The position numbers and the translations under genes were made by a program. Shown here piece after piece: positions 1-13,138 of a DNA stretch of 64,000 nucleotides (positions within the stretch are counted from its first letter, which is position 1; the number at the start of each line of letters is the position of its first letter). The notes under the pieces are model-generated. The model was not told where the DNA came from, searched no databases, and saw nothing but the letters and a program-made list of their open reading frames with translations. Origin of the DNA: Auanema rhodensis (Eukaryota; Animalia; Nematoda); assembly GCA_964057225.1 (NCBI GenBank), contig OZ059897.1, forward strand, positions 9,734,001 to 9,798,000, written 5' to 3'.

Positions 1-93
1 AAAATACTGACAAAAACTGAGGAAGAAGAGCTAAAAGTCTTGTGTGAAAGTGAAAAAGAATTACAAAAAAAAAATCAAATTCTTCAGTCTTGA
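1..93 (+). CDS. Possible 3' end of a CDS entering from upstream of the window
   Basis: Frame 1 is open from base 1 to TGA at 91-93: KILTKTEEEELKVLCESEKELQKKNQILQS*. Charged, coiled-coil-like composition; no family recognised. Confidence 0.3.
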   Translation, partial: KILTKTEEEELKVLCESEKELQKKNQILQS

Positions 94-2458
94 CAACGAT
101 TTTCGAGAAATTTCGCTACATTTGCTACTTGATGTTGCTGAATAAGTGTCAAAAAACTGTTCTGTTATCCAAATAATTTGGTAGTAAATATACAAAAAAG
201 GCAAAACAATCTACGAAATCTTTAATTCAAAATATTTCCAACAAATCTCCTCCTCTCACTTTCAAATCATCATCCTCATCAGTTACTCTCTCACAGATAT
301 TCTATTCTATACTTCCACAGATATTTCTTTTGTCGGTAAAGTTGTAAAATTTACTCAGTATGTTGAGAATGAATGAGAATAAGTGGACGTTACGCTAAAC
401 AAATCAGATGTCAGATGGTTGATTATTGGTGGATTAATCCGTTTTGTATTTGATTTTCCAATAACGATTTACTTCTCAGGAATGCAGGAATTTTTCTTTA
501 TTTTTTGCGTTCAAAGACCTCTGACTGACAATGAGCACTTTGAAAATTTTCTCTTCCCTCTTGATTTCACGCATTCTTCTTTCACTCGAATTCTATAATG
601 TATCTAGTTCGATCGTTATTATTCTACGTTTTTCTCTCTCTCCCTATCTCTATTAGTCCCTCGTTCTCTCTATTTCTCTTCCTCCTCTCTACCTCCCTCT
701 TAGCCTCTCTTTTCCTCTTTTTAAATCGTTCTAATTCTCTTTAAATCCTTCTTCACATGGGTGCTTTCTTATCTAATTTATTAAACGCAATTCCTAGTGT
801 TCGCACGTATTTTCTAAATATTGTATACATAATACGATTGAAGTACGAAATTGAAAAGATCTGTCTGTATGAGAGGGGAGGGTTGGAGGGAGGGGGGCTT
901 GTGTACCATAGAGCCACTTGAAACGTACATTATCGTCAACTACGGACGATGCTGATGACGACGACGACGACTATGTACGACGATGAAGAACGACAGTCTT
1001 CGATAATATACAACATACAAGATTTTGATTTCTTTAATATTATATTTCCTTAAACTATATATATATATCCACATGTCATTTCTTAGACAACTTATCCATT
1101 TAATCCCAAGACATGTCCATATGTATCTCATTGCTTCAACTTAGTTTCTCTCATCTATTGACGTCATCTGATTCATTTTCATATCCAAAAGCAAACATCT
1201 GTCTACACAGGCTCCATATGTACATATGTATGTTCATCCATATATCCAAAATACAATGGGATTTATGCTTTTTTTAAAGTTTTTGTTGTAAAAATTAAAT
1301 TTCTCATTAAAATTTCCTATCGATTAGCTGAAAAACTGTTTTTCACTCTCTTTCTCGTTCTCTTCATTCTCTTCTTTCTTTCTTTTTTTCCTTTTTATAA
1401 GTCAATAAGAATTAAAAAAACTTTTTTTGTGCTCTATTGAGTCCTGTCACAGTGATGATAGTGATGAACCTTTCCTCATTTTCTTAATGTCAAAGATTGG
1501 TTAAACAATGTGTTTTTCTCCTCCCTCAACCTCATAAGCATATGTCCTTTGGGTCCTCTATTTCCTCATGCTTGTTTTCGTTTTTTCTTTTTCACAAAAA
1601 AAAAGAAGAAAAAAAAGGGAGAAAGAAGCAGTAACGATGAAGATAGATGGCATCACTTATCTTAAGCTTGAAGCAAGGTCCCGCTGTTTTTCACGTCGAC
1701 TTGTCATTCTATTCCTTTTTTTTTTGATTATTTTTCCATTTTTATGTGGAACAGAAGGGATTTCTCCTTAAAGATTGTGTTGTTTTCAATGGAAACCTAA
1801 GCAAATTTCGTTTATGATTGCTTGTTTTGTGTATTCGTCTCATTTAAAACATTGAATAAGATTACAAAACCTATTTCGAAACTCTTTGTGATGATTTTTT
1901 TTGGAAAATTTCTAGTTTTCATGTTTGCTCCATACGTTTATCATCATGATGTGTAGTGATTCTCTCACAGTTCCATCCCACCAACAAGTCTCATACGTGA
2001 TTCATCCTGTTCATTTCATTCGTTTATTGCGTACTGAGCGGTTGCTTATGCCTATTCTGTGCTTTCTCATCAACTGTCTTGTACTATTGTCTATATTTTC
2101 TTCAGAAATACCTGAAAATTACAAAAATTGATGAACCGTTGTACCAAATTAGACACCTAAAGCTTTAAAACTTCCTCTTGAAGTTTTTTCCCCAACAAAT
2201 TTTTTCATCTGTTACTCATTCCCTCCCCCTCTTCACATGTGTTATTTTCCAACCATTTCGAAGCTGTTTGTCAAGTCATGAGGCACAGACACCTGATGAC
2301 ATTTCAAACTTATTCATATTTTTCTCCCATTTTTTCAAAAAAATTTTCCTTTTTTTGAAATTAATTTTTGTTTTTTACTATTCGAAAACGTTCTAATAAC
2401 TGTTTCAGAATGAAGGATGTACGTAACAAATTTCAGTAAATAATACGGATTGAGTTAG

Positions 2459-2493
2459 TGTGTGCTGTGTGCTGTGTGCTGTGTGCTGTGTGC
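2459..2493. repeat. (TGTGTGC)5 perfect heptamer tandem repeat
   Basis: Five exact copies read directly from the sequence. Confidence 0.9.
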
Positions 2494-5400
2494 AAATTCC
2501 TTTTATTTCAGATTTTAGATACTTTTATTATATGTTTTTCACCATTTTTTGTAAACTATAAGATATTTCTTGAATCTGAATAAAGAAAAATTCTCGAATT
2601 TTCCTTTATCTTTTCTAAGAATTGTTTTCTTCGCAAAGCTTAAAGCTTAATACCACAGAATGAACAGATAGAATGTGTTAGTTGGGTTGTATGTGATGAT
2701 GACAATGATGATATTGATGATGATGATTGGTAGGAGCAAAACAACGTTCATGACCTGGTCAGAAGCAAAAAGCTCAAGAGTTTCTACTCAATCCTCAATA
2801 CTCAATATCTTCTCATAAACAAACACATCTTCCAGCAAAAAAAGTCTTTTTTCTTTTCTCTTTCTCAGCAAAAAAAAAACTGAGATGAAGCAGTAGCAGC
2901 AGCAACAGCAGCAGCAGCAGTAGCATCAGTAGTAGCATCGCAGGATCAACAGTAGCAGTGGAAACAGCACATACCTCTGAGAAGAATGTTGAATATGGTA
3001 AATACAAAGAACAATTGTCTCGATGGGAAAAGACTGAACAAATGAAAAAAAAAAGATTTTTTGATATGAATCATAGCTAATGGATTAGTTATTTCATAAT
3101 TCTATTTTCATATGTTGGTCTTCTTATGTATTTACCTTATTCTCTATTTTGACCTCAACTATCTGAAGAAGAAGTAGAAACAGAAGATATGTATGTAAAG
3201 CAGAAATATTTTCCACTCTTAAATCATTGTTATCTTTAGAAATAGATCAATATCAATAAAGATATTGTGCTTTTTTTAAAAGAAAAAAATAGAATTTTTT
3301 TACAATCAGGTGTTTGCTCTTTCTATTTTTCTCATCTTCGAACTTTGAGAAAAGAATACTTGAAATACTCGGAATATGTAATGAATATAGTGTCAGTTTG
3401 ATGTTCTAACTGAAAAGCTTCCTATTCTAATCATTGAAAAATTTAGTTTATTAAACTTTAAAACTTTACCAACTTTATCTTTATTTTAATATTTCAGTGA
3501 AATGAGTTGATTTCTTATCAAACTTTATATCTTGTTACTACTTATCATGAGATGAGGAAGAAATATGAATCACATTGTCATATAAGCTTCGATAGTCAAA
3601 ACCAAAACGATCATTCTTATCGGAATGTCAGAAACTTTCTGATATTATCACTTGCAGAATCCAAGAACAACTGTTCTTTATATCAAACAATGGTTTTTTC
3701 ACACTAACAAGCATTACATGTGAACTGCATTTCTTTTCAATGTGAAATTCAACGGAATTCCCCCCAAAATTTTTAAGAGTTTCAAAACATATCTAAGCTA
3801 TTACGCAATCATCTGGAAAAGCCTCAAGCGTTCAACCAGGCAGTTCAAATTGTAATCGAAATAGCAATAACTCTAACTGAGCCACCTCGAATTTGATCCT
3901 AAAATATGAGATATCTTGTTGGTTTTAATGGATTTAAGTGGACTTTTATGAGCTTTCTTTCATCAAATAACTATTTGAGATCTTTGATTCTTTGATATTC
4001 TTCATAGTTTCATGTATATGAAGCTTGAATTCAGTTCAGATTCTGCAGCTTATCATCATTATCTTTTCATTGTTTGACTTCCTTCTGTCATCGTTATTCC
4101 TCAAAGATTTCATTGTCACAAACGTTTTTACCATTTTCTTACTAATCACTTTGATAATAATTTCCAAAGTATATATGTATATAAAGTGTCATTATTCTCA
4201 TTTCATATAATTATATTTCTTCTAGAATCTTCGGATATTCCTTTAAATTCCTTAAATTCTTTGTAATTTTTCTTTTCATCACCTTATTTTCTAATCACGT
4301 GCGTATTGTCACACATATAACCACTGTCATCCGATTCTTTAGTCTTTTCTCACTAAGTTCAAATCATTAAAAGATTAATACGAAAAAAACTAGTTCAAAA
4401 CCTATTATTCATTCGAAAAAAAAAAGTTTTAAGTTTATTATGATTAAGCTTCAAGCATTATTCATGTTTCATATTAATAAAACATAATATTTTCTTCTAA
4501 ATATTCATTGATATTTCATATATTCTCTCTTTACAAATTCAGTTCTCATATGATTCTCGCCCCTCCCGCTTACTCCTCTCTCCGTTCCACCAACACATTC
4601 CCTTCCCATCCCCATTCGACCCCCCCCCCCCTTTTTTCCTCCTCTGTTAGGAATCAAATGAAACTACTACAGCCTCTTTTTCAATTCAAAACTCATTTAT
4701 ACTCCTATGTACTCACTCACTCACTCACACATACAACTCATGTACATCACATGTCAACCTCACCCACGCTTACGGTTTTCTCCGTGTATATACACATGAT
4801 CCATTCAAGAGTTGGATCTTCACTTCTTGATCATCTTCTTTACGAAGAATACTGTTAGTCTTTCAGTCTGCTTATCGTTATAGGACCATCTATACTGATC
4901 ACAAATCAAATATTTCAATCTTCAAAATCCTTTTTATCTATTTTGTTATTTTTCTTTGAATAAAGAAAAAAACATTAAAATTGCTAAAATATGAAATCGA
5001 ATGATTTAAACATTTCTTATATTTTCCTGTCCAAAATATTATTTCCGTTTAATTTTAAAGAAACATTCTAAAAATCATCTATCTAATCGTTAAATCAATA
5101 TTCTATATATACATAGCTACATTATTTTTTTAAATTTTATTTTAAAAATTTATGTTAAAAAACAATATTAATCAAATTATTGTAATAAAAAAATACATTT
5201 TGATTATCATCAAAGTATTATTAATTACATTTATTTCATCATTTAATTAAGTTTGTTAATAGTTTTGGGTACAATTGAACTCTAATTGAACTGAAATATG
5301 GTTAATTATGACCAAACTTCAGGTTAGCATACGAAAACTATATAAACCTGTTGTATAATAGTTTATTTAATGACCAATTAAGTTTACAAAGTTTATAAAT

Positions 5401-6173
5401 AAAACTAATTGAATGGTCATTCAATTTTAATTAATTTCAAAAATGAGAGAAGAGAAAACAAGATTTTCTTGAAAAAAAAAAAGAATTATAACTTCAAATC
5501 CGCTTCTTCTCGTACCCAAAACTAATTTATTGTTTATTTCAAACAAGCCAATACAACCATTCTATAGGAAGTCAACGCAAGAAATGGCATTTAATACACG
5601 TGAAATTCACGTAATTCTATTATTTCCACGTGTCATTAATGTGAATAACATTTGTTTTTCCTTGTATACTAAATGAATGAATTGAGTTTTTATAATTTTA
5701 CTTTTTAAAATATTAATTGAAATTAATATTAAATGATTAGTATTAATATTAATATTAATATTAATATGAATAGAGTTACATATCATGAATAGATGTTCCG
5801 TTTTTGATTTTTTTTTCAAATTGTCTTCTTCAGATATTTACAGTCTACTGCTAATAACACCAATAATCATAAGTGAAACATTTAAAAAATAATCCGTTAC
5901 TTCCAACTTCCTACCCCGTAAACTTCATTTTTTTGCAGAAAAAAGATCAAAAAGTTAATTATTTCCTGAAAAAAAAGGCGGAGTTTTGAGTTAAATAATT
6001 TTGTTATAAAGAGATGGAAACATGTAGTTTTTAGTTAAGATTATTCAGTTGTGAGTACGAGTGCGTGTGATGCTTTTTAGTAATAAAAATGGTAGTTTGA
6101 TGTGTGAGATGTTTTCCTTCATGATGATGACATACATTGAACTGTTTTAAATAAACGAGAGATGTATGATGAC

Positions 6174-6266
<93 letters not shown>

Positions 6267-6267
6267 T
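6174..6267. repeat. (AG)n microsatellite, interrupted by AAAG
   Basis: Direct reading. Confidence 0.9.
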
Positions 6268-9200
6268 AGTTAAAAGTATTCGTTGTGTGTGGGGGTATTG
6301 GGTGGAGAGTTCTAAAACATCATTTTGGGAAAAAAAGTAGCGTTTATCTCCTAATATTTTTATCAATCATTCTTCAACAAACTATCTGTATTTCCGGCCA
6401 ATTTTTCAATTTGATAGCATCATGTGTGGTGTAGTAGCTATGTAATTGTTTTATAGTCTTTTAATGAAAATAACTAAAAATAAGCTTTGAACGTGATCAT
6501 CGTCTTCGGTATTCTTACTCATATAGACACACTGAACGTCATTTGACCGTCACAGTCATCAGTTTCTTGAATAGACTGTTCTCTCTCTCTCCCTCTCTCT
6601 CTTTCTTTCTCTCTCTCTCTCTGTGTTCTTATCTCTCTAGGTTCTGCTTCATATTTTCTTCTTTCCATTCATTGCAATCATCATCATCTTTAACTTTTCC
6701 TTCTGACGTCTATATTTGCCGTCTTTATGCTTTTCCCTATCAATCAGCTGCTGTGTTGGTAGTTGTAGTTGCCATAATAGCCATCGCCATCGAACTATAT
6801 TTCAATCTAGACATGCACTTGTAATCATTTAATTTTCCATATTATTTGATAAAAATGCTCAAAAACTTCCTTTTCAACCTTGTCAAAATTTTTCAAATTC
6901 ACTGTTTCATAACTGAATATCATTCATAAATACAATTACTTTTCTTTATATCCAACTCGTTTTTCTGTGTTTAACGTAATATCCACTATCATCATCATCA
7001 TCACAAAGCCAAATCATGTTAGTTCCATTCACTTCCCCCCCCCCATGCATGTGGTGTCTGGTCTGTGCTTCTTCACTTAGGTTCAAATGTACCTGAACAT
7101 TTGTATATAACTCTAATACTCTCTTATTTTGATCTGCACTCTTGCTACCCCCCCCTCTCTTTCTATTACTATCAGTCTCTCTCTCTCTATCTCTCTCCAC
7201 TCTCGTTTTTTAGTTCTTTTTTTTTCAAATTTCTGAATATTATCTCTAATATGTACTATTTCCCATATATAGTCATTATATTCGTTTATAAAGTATTTCA
7301 AACATTCGATGAATTACAGTGAAAATTTGATATTTTCTTGTGAAATTCTGTCATCATCAGTCATAACCTCTGTTCGGTTTCAACAACACTTCTTCACTAG
7401 ACAGAAAGACAGACAGACTGATAGATAGAACTAAGAGAAAACATGTTCTTTCATGATGTTCTTTATTCATTTTCTATTTGTCTATATTCATTCAAAATCA
7501 GTTCCAATATCTATACAATACTTTATGTCTAAAGATCATGTACAAATTAACTTTTAAAACTTTAAACTTAAAGCATTATGATGATTTAAAGCATTTTCTT
7601 TAATTTTTGATTAAAACATTTAATAATTTATTCATTTAATAACAAATATTTGTATTTTAATAGATTATAAACCAAAATGTATCTGTTTTTCCATTGTTTT
7701 CCTTCTTTAAACATACACAAAAAATAGAAGAAGCATTGTTTTTGTCTCTAATTTGGTGATCTCATGATTGTGTATGTGACATTCGTCTCACATTTCTCTT
7801 TTTAACCTTTTCTCTCTTGCTTTATGCCTAATCACACTTTTGACCTTTTATTCGCCTTAATACTGAAGCTTGAGTTCAGAAAACAAAAAACTTTTTTTGA
7901 ACAACTGTTAATGATATTCCTTAGAGTTTTCCACTTTATTTCATCATCTTATCTGCCCTCCCCCTCTACTTCTTCCTCATTCCTCTTTAACATCACAATT
8001 GTTTCTTCTTTCTCCGTATAATATTCTCTAAATTTTACGAAAAAATGAGATGTTTTGATCCATTTTAAGTAAAAATACGGTATTTCAATGATATTTTCTA
8101 ATATTTCTTGTAAAAAAAAATGATTTTTTTGCTTTTTAGCTTATATTTTCATTTACTTTATCTTCATTAAACATTAGATTTGATGATGTGTTATAGATTT
8201 CCAATTAAAAAAACTTTTCTTCAACGAAAAAAAATTAAAAAAAAGATCATTTTTAACCATTTTCATTAATCGATTTGTCATTTACTTTTCACACCCATTG
8301 TCACCCTTCGTCTATATCTTCATCACCATCATAGTCGTCGTCGTCATCGTCGTCGTCGTCGTTCTTCTTCTTCTTCAAATCGATTGATATGATGATTGTC
8401 ATTTAAGAAATCTAACGATATGATAAATGAAGAAACGGCCTTTTAAAACTTCATCCTTATTCAATTTCCTTCTTTTTTTTTAATTTTTTGGCTTTTTTAA
8501 AGAAAAGTTTAAGCAAAAACTTCATTAGTTGAGTTTTGATTTCAAATGATTTCTCTTGATAAATCCAAAATGTTCAAGTCAGATCAACAAGTACAAAGGA
8601 CATATGTGAATAGAAAGATCAAACGAATATTTTTGTACTTTACAAGAATATATATTTTTCTCTTTCTCTGTCTCTTACCCTCTCTCCCTCCCTATCCTCC
8701 CTATCCTCCCTCCTTCCGTCCCTCTTTCCCTGTCTGTATCTTATTTCTCATAATATCCAATGTATGAACATTGAATATAGTTTATAATATAAATAATATA
8801 ATATATATATAACAGGTAATTCTTATTATTCTTCTAATATTTATATAAAATATTTACAGATTTATATTCTTTTCTTCTCTCTTTTTTTGTATTTTTTCTC
8901 TGTTTTTTTCACAATTTGAATAAAATGTCGACTTTGTTTTGAAGAATGTCGTAGTAGAATTCTACGAATAATTGGCTTATCATCATCATTATCATCATCA
9001 TCAGCAGCAGCATTAACATCATCTACAATCAAAAATATATTATTTCCTTCTTTTCTTAGGATTTAATACTTTTCAGGAAAATGACTTTCTTCAGAATATT
9101 TCAGTGAATATGCTCACAGATTACAAGACAATATGTCTTCCGTTATTACAATCAAATCTTGTTTTACTTTATGGAAGTTGAATCACAAAAGTTGACAAAA

Positions 9201-9991
9201 AAAATTGTTGAAAAGACAAAGATCCAGTAAAAAAGTTGAAATTGTTTGGTTACAGAGGACTGGACGAATGATACAAAACCATTCATCACTTGAACTTATC
9301 TATATTAGTTTTGGTACAAATGTTTATAATCAAATATTTTCTTCTTTAGCACTTTCCCTCAGATATTTTATCGATTATTAAAGTTTTTTTTTTCTTTTTA
9401 TAAGGTCATTGCTCTAATGATCTCTATCAATCTATCTACTAATATGAAACCCAATTTCGACCCAACATACAGCCAAGCAAGTTCATTAGTTCCATTTTGT
9501 TTCTCTCTTATCCTCTACCGCACACACCGTGTCGAACATGAAGCAGCCTGCAGTGGGTGTATCTACAGCACCACCAGTTGAAACCTGATTTATGCTCAGA
9601 ATAGTTCCTTTCGAACAAGGCGGCTGTGGGCGTTACTCAGTACAACTATTGTTTCAACTCAGTCTCTCTTTCGTTGCCATCTTGTTTTAATCATTCTTCG
9701 TTTTTTTTTATTTCGCTCCATCAAAGTAATTATCATGATAATGATGAGTCAAATATCATTTCTTATCAATATTTTATCATTTTCTGTCTATATAATCTGT
9801 CTAAATTCAACTTTTCTTATCCAATTGACCACTTTCTCTTTGCCACTTTCTCTCTTTCGACTTTTAAAAATTATATATTTCTTGTCGTCAATTAATCTTC
9901 TAATTATTTCTTCTTTTTCTATTTTTCTTCTAATTATTTCATCTTATTTTCAGATATTTTCTATTTTGTTTTCAATTTTTTTCAACAAGTT

Positions 9992-12198
9992 ATGGTTCTA
10001 AACGTTAAAAGAATCTGCTCAACTGATGAGGCAGGTGATTTGGCGAAATGCGGTGGAGTTGTGGTTAAGCCTTTCCGTTATCAGGTTAGTATTACTACTA
10101 TCTTCAACGATTTTTAATAGATTATTATCTTTACCTATGCTTAATTTTGTACAAAAAAATTGTTTTATATGATATGATGATGCCCTTGATGTATTTTCTT
10201 AATTATGCTAACTATGCTGATACATATATATATATAAAATATTCCCATTTCATATGCTGATTTACTTGGTTTTATCATATTTAAGCTTTATCTCCTTTTG
10301 TTCTTTTTTTTTCTTTTCGTAAAAAAGTTTTAAAGACAAATGAAAGCTTATCAACTTAGTTACACGTGTGTAGCCAAATTTGCAACGCTTCTATGTAGCC
10401 AATGCAATAATTCGAATTAAATTCTTTTATTTGAAATGAAATGATTTTAAAAATAAAGAAATGAGGTCAATGAGTATTGAATTTGTATAAAATTTGAAAG
10501 AAATTCAAATACAAAGTTGAATTAGAGTGAATAAAACTGCTCATAACAACTTGAAAAACACTTGTTTCAACTGCAATTCTCAAGACAATTTGCTATATTC
10601 AGGTAGCTGGACATACACCCTTCTGTATGCTACCTAATGGTCATCTGTTGAAGCCATGTGATGAGCGTGAGCTACTTTTCTATAGGATGATGCCATCTTC
10701 ACTTCTTCCAGTTACTCCAGCTTGTTGCTCAACAATTCAGGTAAATTTCGATGTTAAAGCATTACTTAATTAGAATATTTTTTTCACGTAAAAAATGTTC
10801 ACGTTGACGTAATAATTTAAAATCATTCCAAACCAAAAAAGATGTGTTGAACGGTTGTTCTTTCATCTCTCTCTCTATCTCTCTCTATCTCCGTCTCTTT
10901 GTCTCTTATTTCACTTTTTTTCTTTTATTAGTTGTTTACTTTTTAAAACAAAAAGTTTTATTTTCCTATTTTAGGGTTCAGGGTTCGAATTTTCATCACA
11001 GCCTTGCTCACTGTGTTTAAAAGAATGTGATGAGAATGTCGTCATTCCAAAAGCCACACATTCTCCAACAACTCAGAAAAAAAGAAAGTTATCCAGGTAC
11101 ATATTACTTATTCTTTACAAATAGACCAAAAAAAAAAGAAGCAGAAAATGCTCAAGAAGGAGTCAAAAATCATTTTTCGACCCAAAAATTGCTAAGAAAG
11201 TTCCAAAAATTCATCGTTTTTTTTTGCAAAAAGAAAGGGAACGATGAAATACAAATTACTGAAGAATCTTGTTGCAATTTATTTTATTTTCTTCAAAATA
11301 AATTTCATTGCCATGAATGCTATGAATGTTCTTGTTGTTCAAATATAATTTTCATGTATAATTGACTTTTGTAGTTTGAATTCAATTCAGTAGTAACTTA
11401 ATGTTTTTTCAATCTCTGATTCTCTTTTTTTTTTAAAAAAAGAAAGAAAAAATGTTTTTAACCCACGCTGTTCTTGATAACGTTTGTGTTCTTTTCAGAA
11501 ATTTTCTTGTTCTTAATGATCTCACACGTGATTTCGTTAGGCCCTGTGTTTTGGATTTAAAACTTGGCACTCGACAGCATGGCGATGGAGCATCAGCAGC
11601 TAAAGCTGCTTCACAGATCGAAAAATGCTTTAAAACAACTTCTGCAAGAATGGGAATACGCTTATGTGGTAACAGCTCATATTTCCTGATGATTGAACTA
11701 AGTCTTTTTGTTTTCAGGAATGTACATATCAGATCCATCCGGTGATGTTATAACTAAGGATAAATATGCTGGTCGCTTACTAACTGACGAAGAACTTAGG
11801 GAAGATATTCAGAATTTTTTTAGTTTTTCAACTGAATCCATTCCAATTGTCTTGGACAAAATTCAAAAAATAAAAGAAGTAAGCCTGCAAAAAGATCTGA
11901 CGAATCTCTTCATTGTGCTCTTGCAGGTTTTACAATCTCTAAGTGGTGTTCGATTATTTGGTTCTTCAATCTTAATCGTCGTCGAAGGTACAGCAACAGC
12001 CATTTACTTGAGCAAGTTTGTATTTTCTCGTTTGTTGCAGGTGATAGCTCATTGCCACCATCAGCTGAATGTCGACTTGTTGACTTCGCCAATGCCACAT
12101 GTCCCGGATTCCTAGGCGATCAGACATACGACGGTGCAGATGAAGGATCACTTAAAGGGTTAAGCATGTTAGAGGATATACTTAACGCAGAGGAATAA
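9992..12198 (+). CDS. IP6K: Inositol polyphosphate kinase, IP6K/Kcs1-like (IPK family), 7 coding exons
   Basis: Exons 9992-10084 (MVLNVKRIC...KPFRYQ), 10603-10740 (VAGHTPF...ERELLFY), 10975-~11096, ~11499-11668 ([15 protein letters not shown], the PxxxDxKxG inositol-binding motif in its IP6K-type form), then KDKYAGR, SSIL (SSLL motif), RLVDFA (IDF motif) and DEGSLKGL, with TAA at 12196-12198. All introns GT-AG and in phase. Confidence 0.9.
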
Positions 12199-12559
12199 TA
12201 TAATATTTATATAGTTTTGATAGTTTATGATACGTATTATACATAGATTATATCATGCAATATGTGATATGGGTTAAGGCAGTTATATATAGTTAGAGAT
12301 ATAGCCGAATTCCCTTCCAAAAAAAGAAACATTTCAATTTATCACTTTAATCTCATTACCTCCAATGATATATTATCAATATTATGCCTTTATATGTATA
12401 TAATTTATATTTATTAGATCATCAAATGTTTAAAATTTCTGAAAACTTTTATCATAATTCAGAAATTTTACTTTAATTTCTCATCAGCATAAATGTAATT
12501 TTTGTTATGATAATGTGATTGATTAAGTGTTTATTGCATTCCTTTTGTTTCTCTTATTT

Positions 12560-12564
<5 letters not shown>

Positions 12565-12602
<38 letters not shown>

Positions 12603-12620
12603 ATCTCTCTCTCTCTCTCT
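12565..12620. repeat. (CT)n microsatellite
   Basis: Direct reading. Confidence 0.9.
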
Positions 12621-13138
12621 TTTTACCCCTCCTACATTGTTACGAGTAATTAAGATTATTTCACTGTTCTTTTCGCTTAAAAAATAACTTTTATTTACAA
12701 AATAAAGTTCATTATGCTTTTCAATCACTACGATAACATACATATATACATATAATATAAGAAAATCAAAGATCAAATATCAAATTCGTTGATTAAAGAT
12801 ACATAAAATCAATTTTCCTCTTAACTGTTTGTTTTTCACAAATTATATATGTAGCTTCGTTAGTTCTATGTTGCGGTTATACTTCATCATACTGTGTCAA
12901 GATGTGTGCGGCTGTGTCATGTTCACGTCATCTGCTGCTTCTCTCTTAGCTCTATGCCCTCTTGCTTTAGAGTTCATCATACATGAAGTATGATGCCGTT
13001 GACCACGATTGTTACTTTGATTCTGTATGAATTAGCAATTATTGAAAGAAATTTATAGAACATACAGGAACTATTTTTCAAGAATAACAACATTTTCATA
13101 CATATAATTAGAATAATAATAATAATAATATAAACTTT

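Noticed and set aside
383-9895. Many 60-116 aa ORFs in the supplied track (and similar SLSLSL, RERERE and poly-His ORFs elsewhere)
   Set aside because: They are translations of microsatellites or AT-rich non-coding DNA, with no domain motifs and often non-ATG starts.
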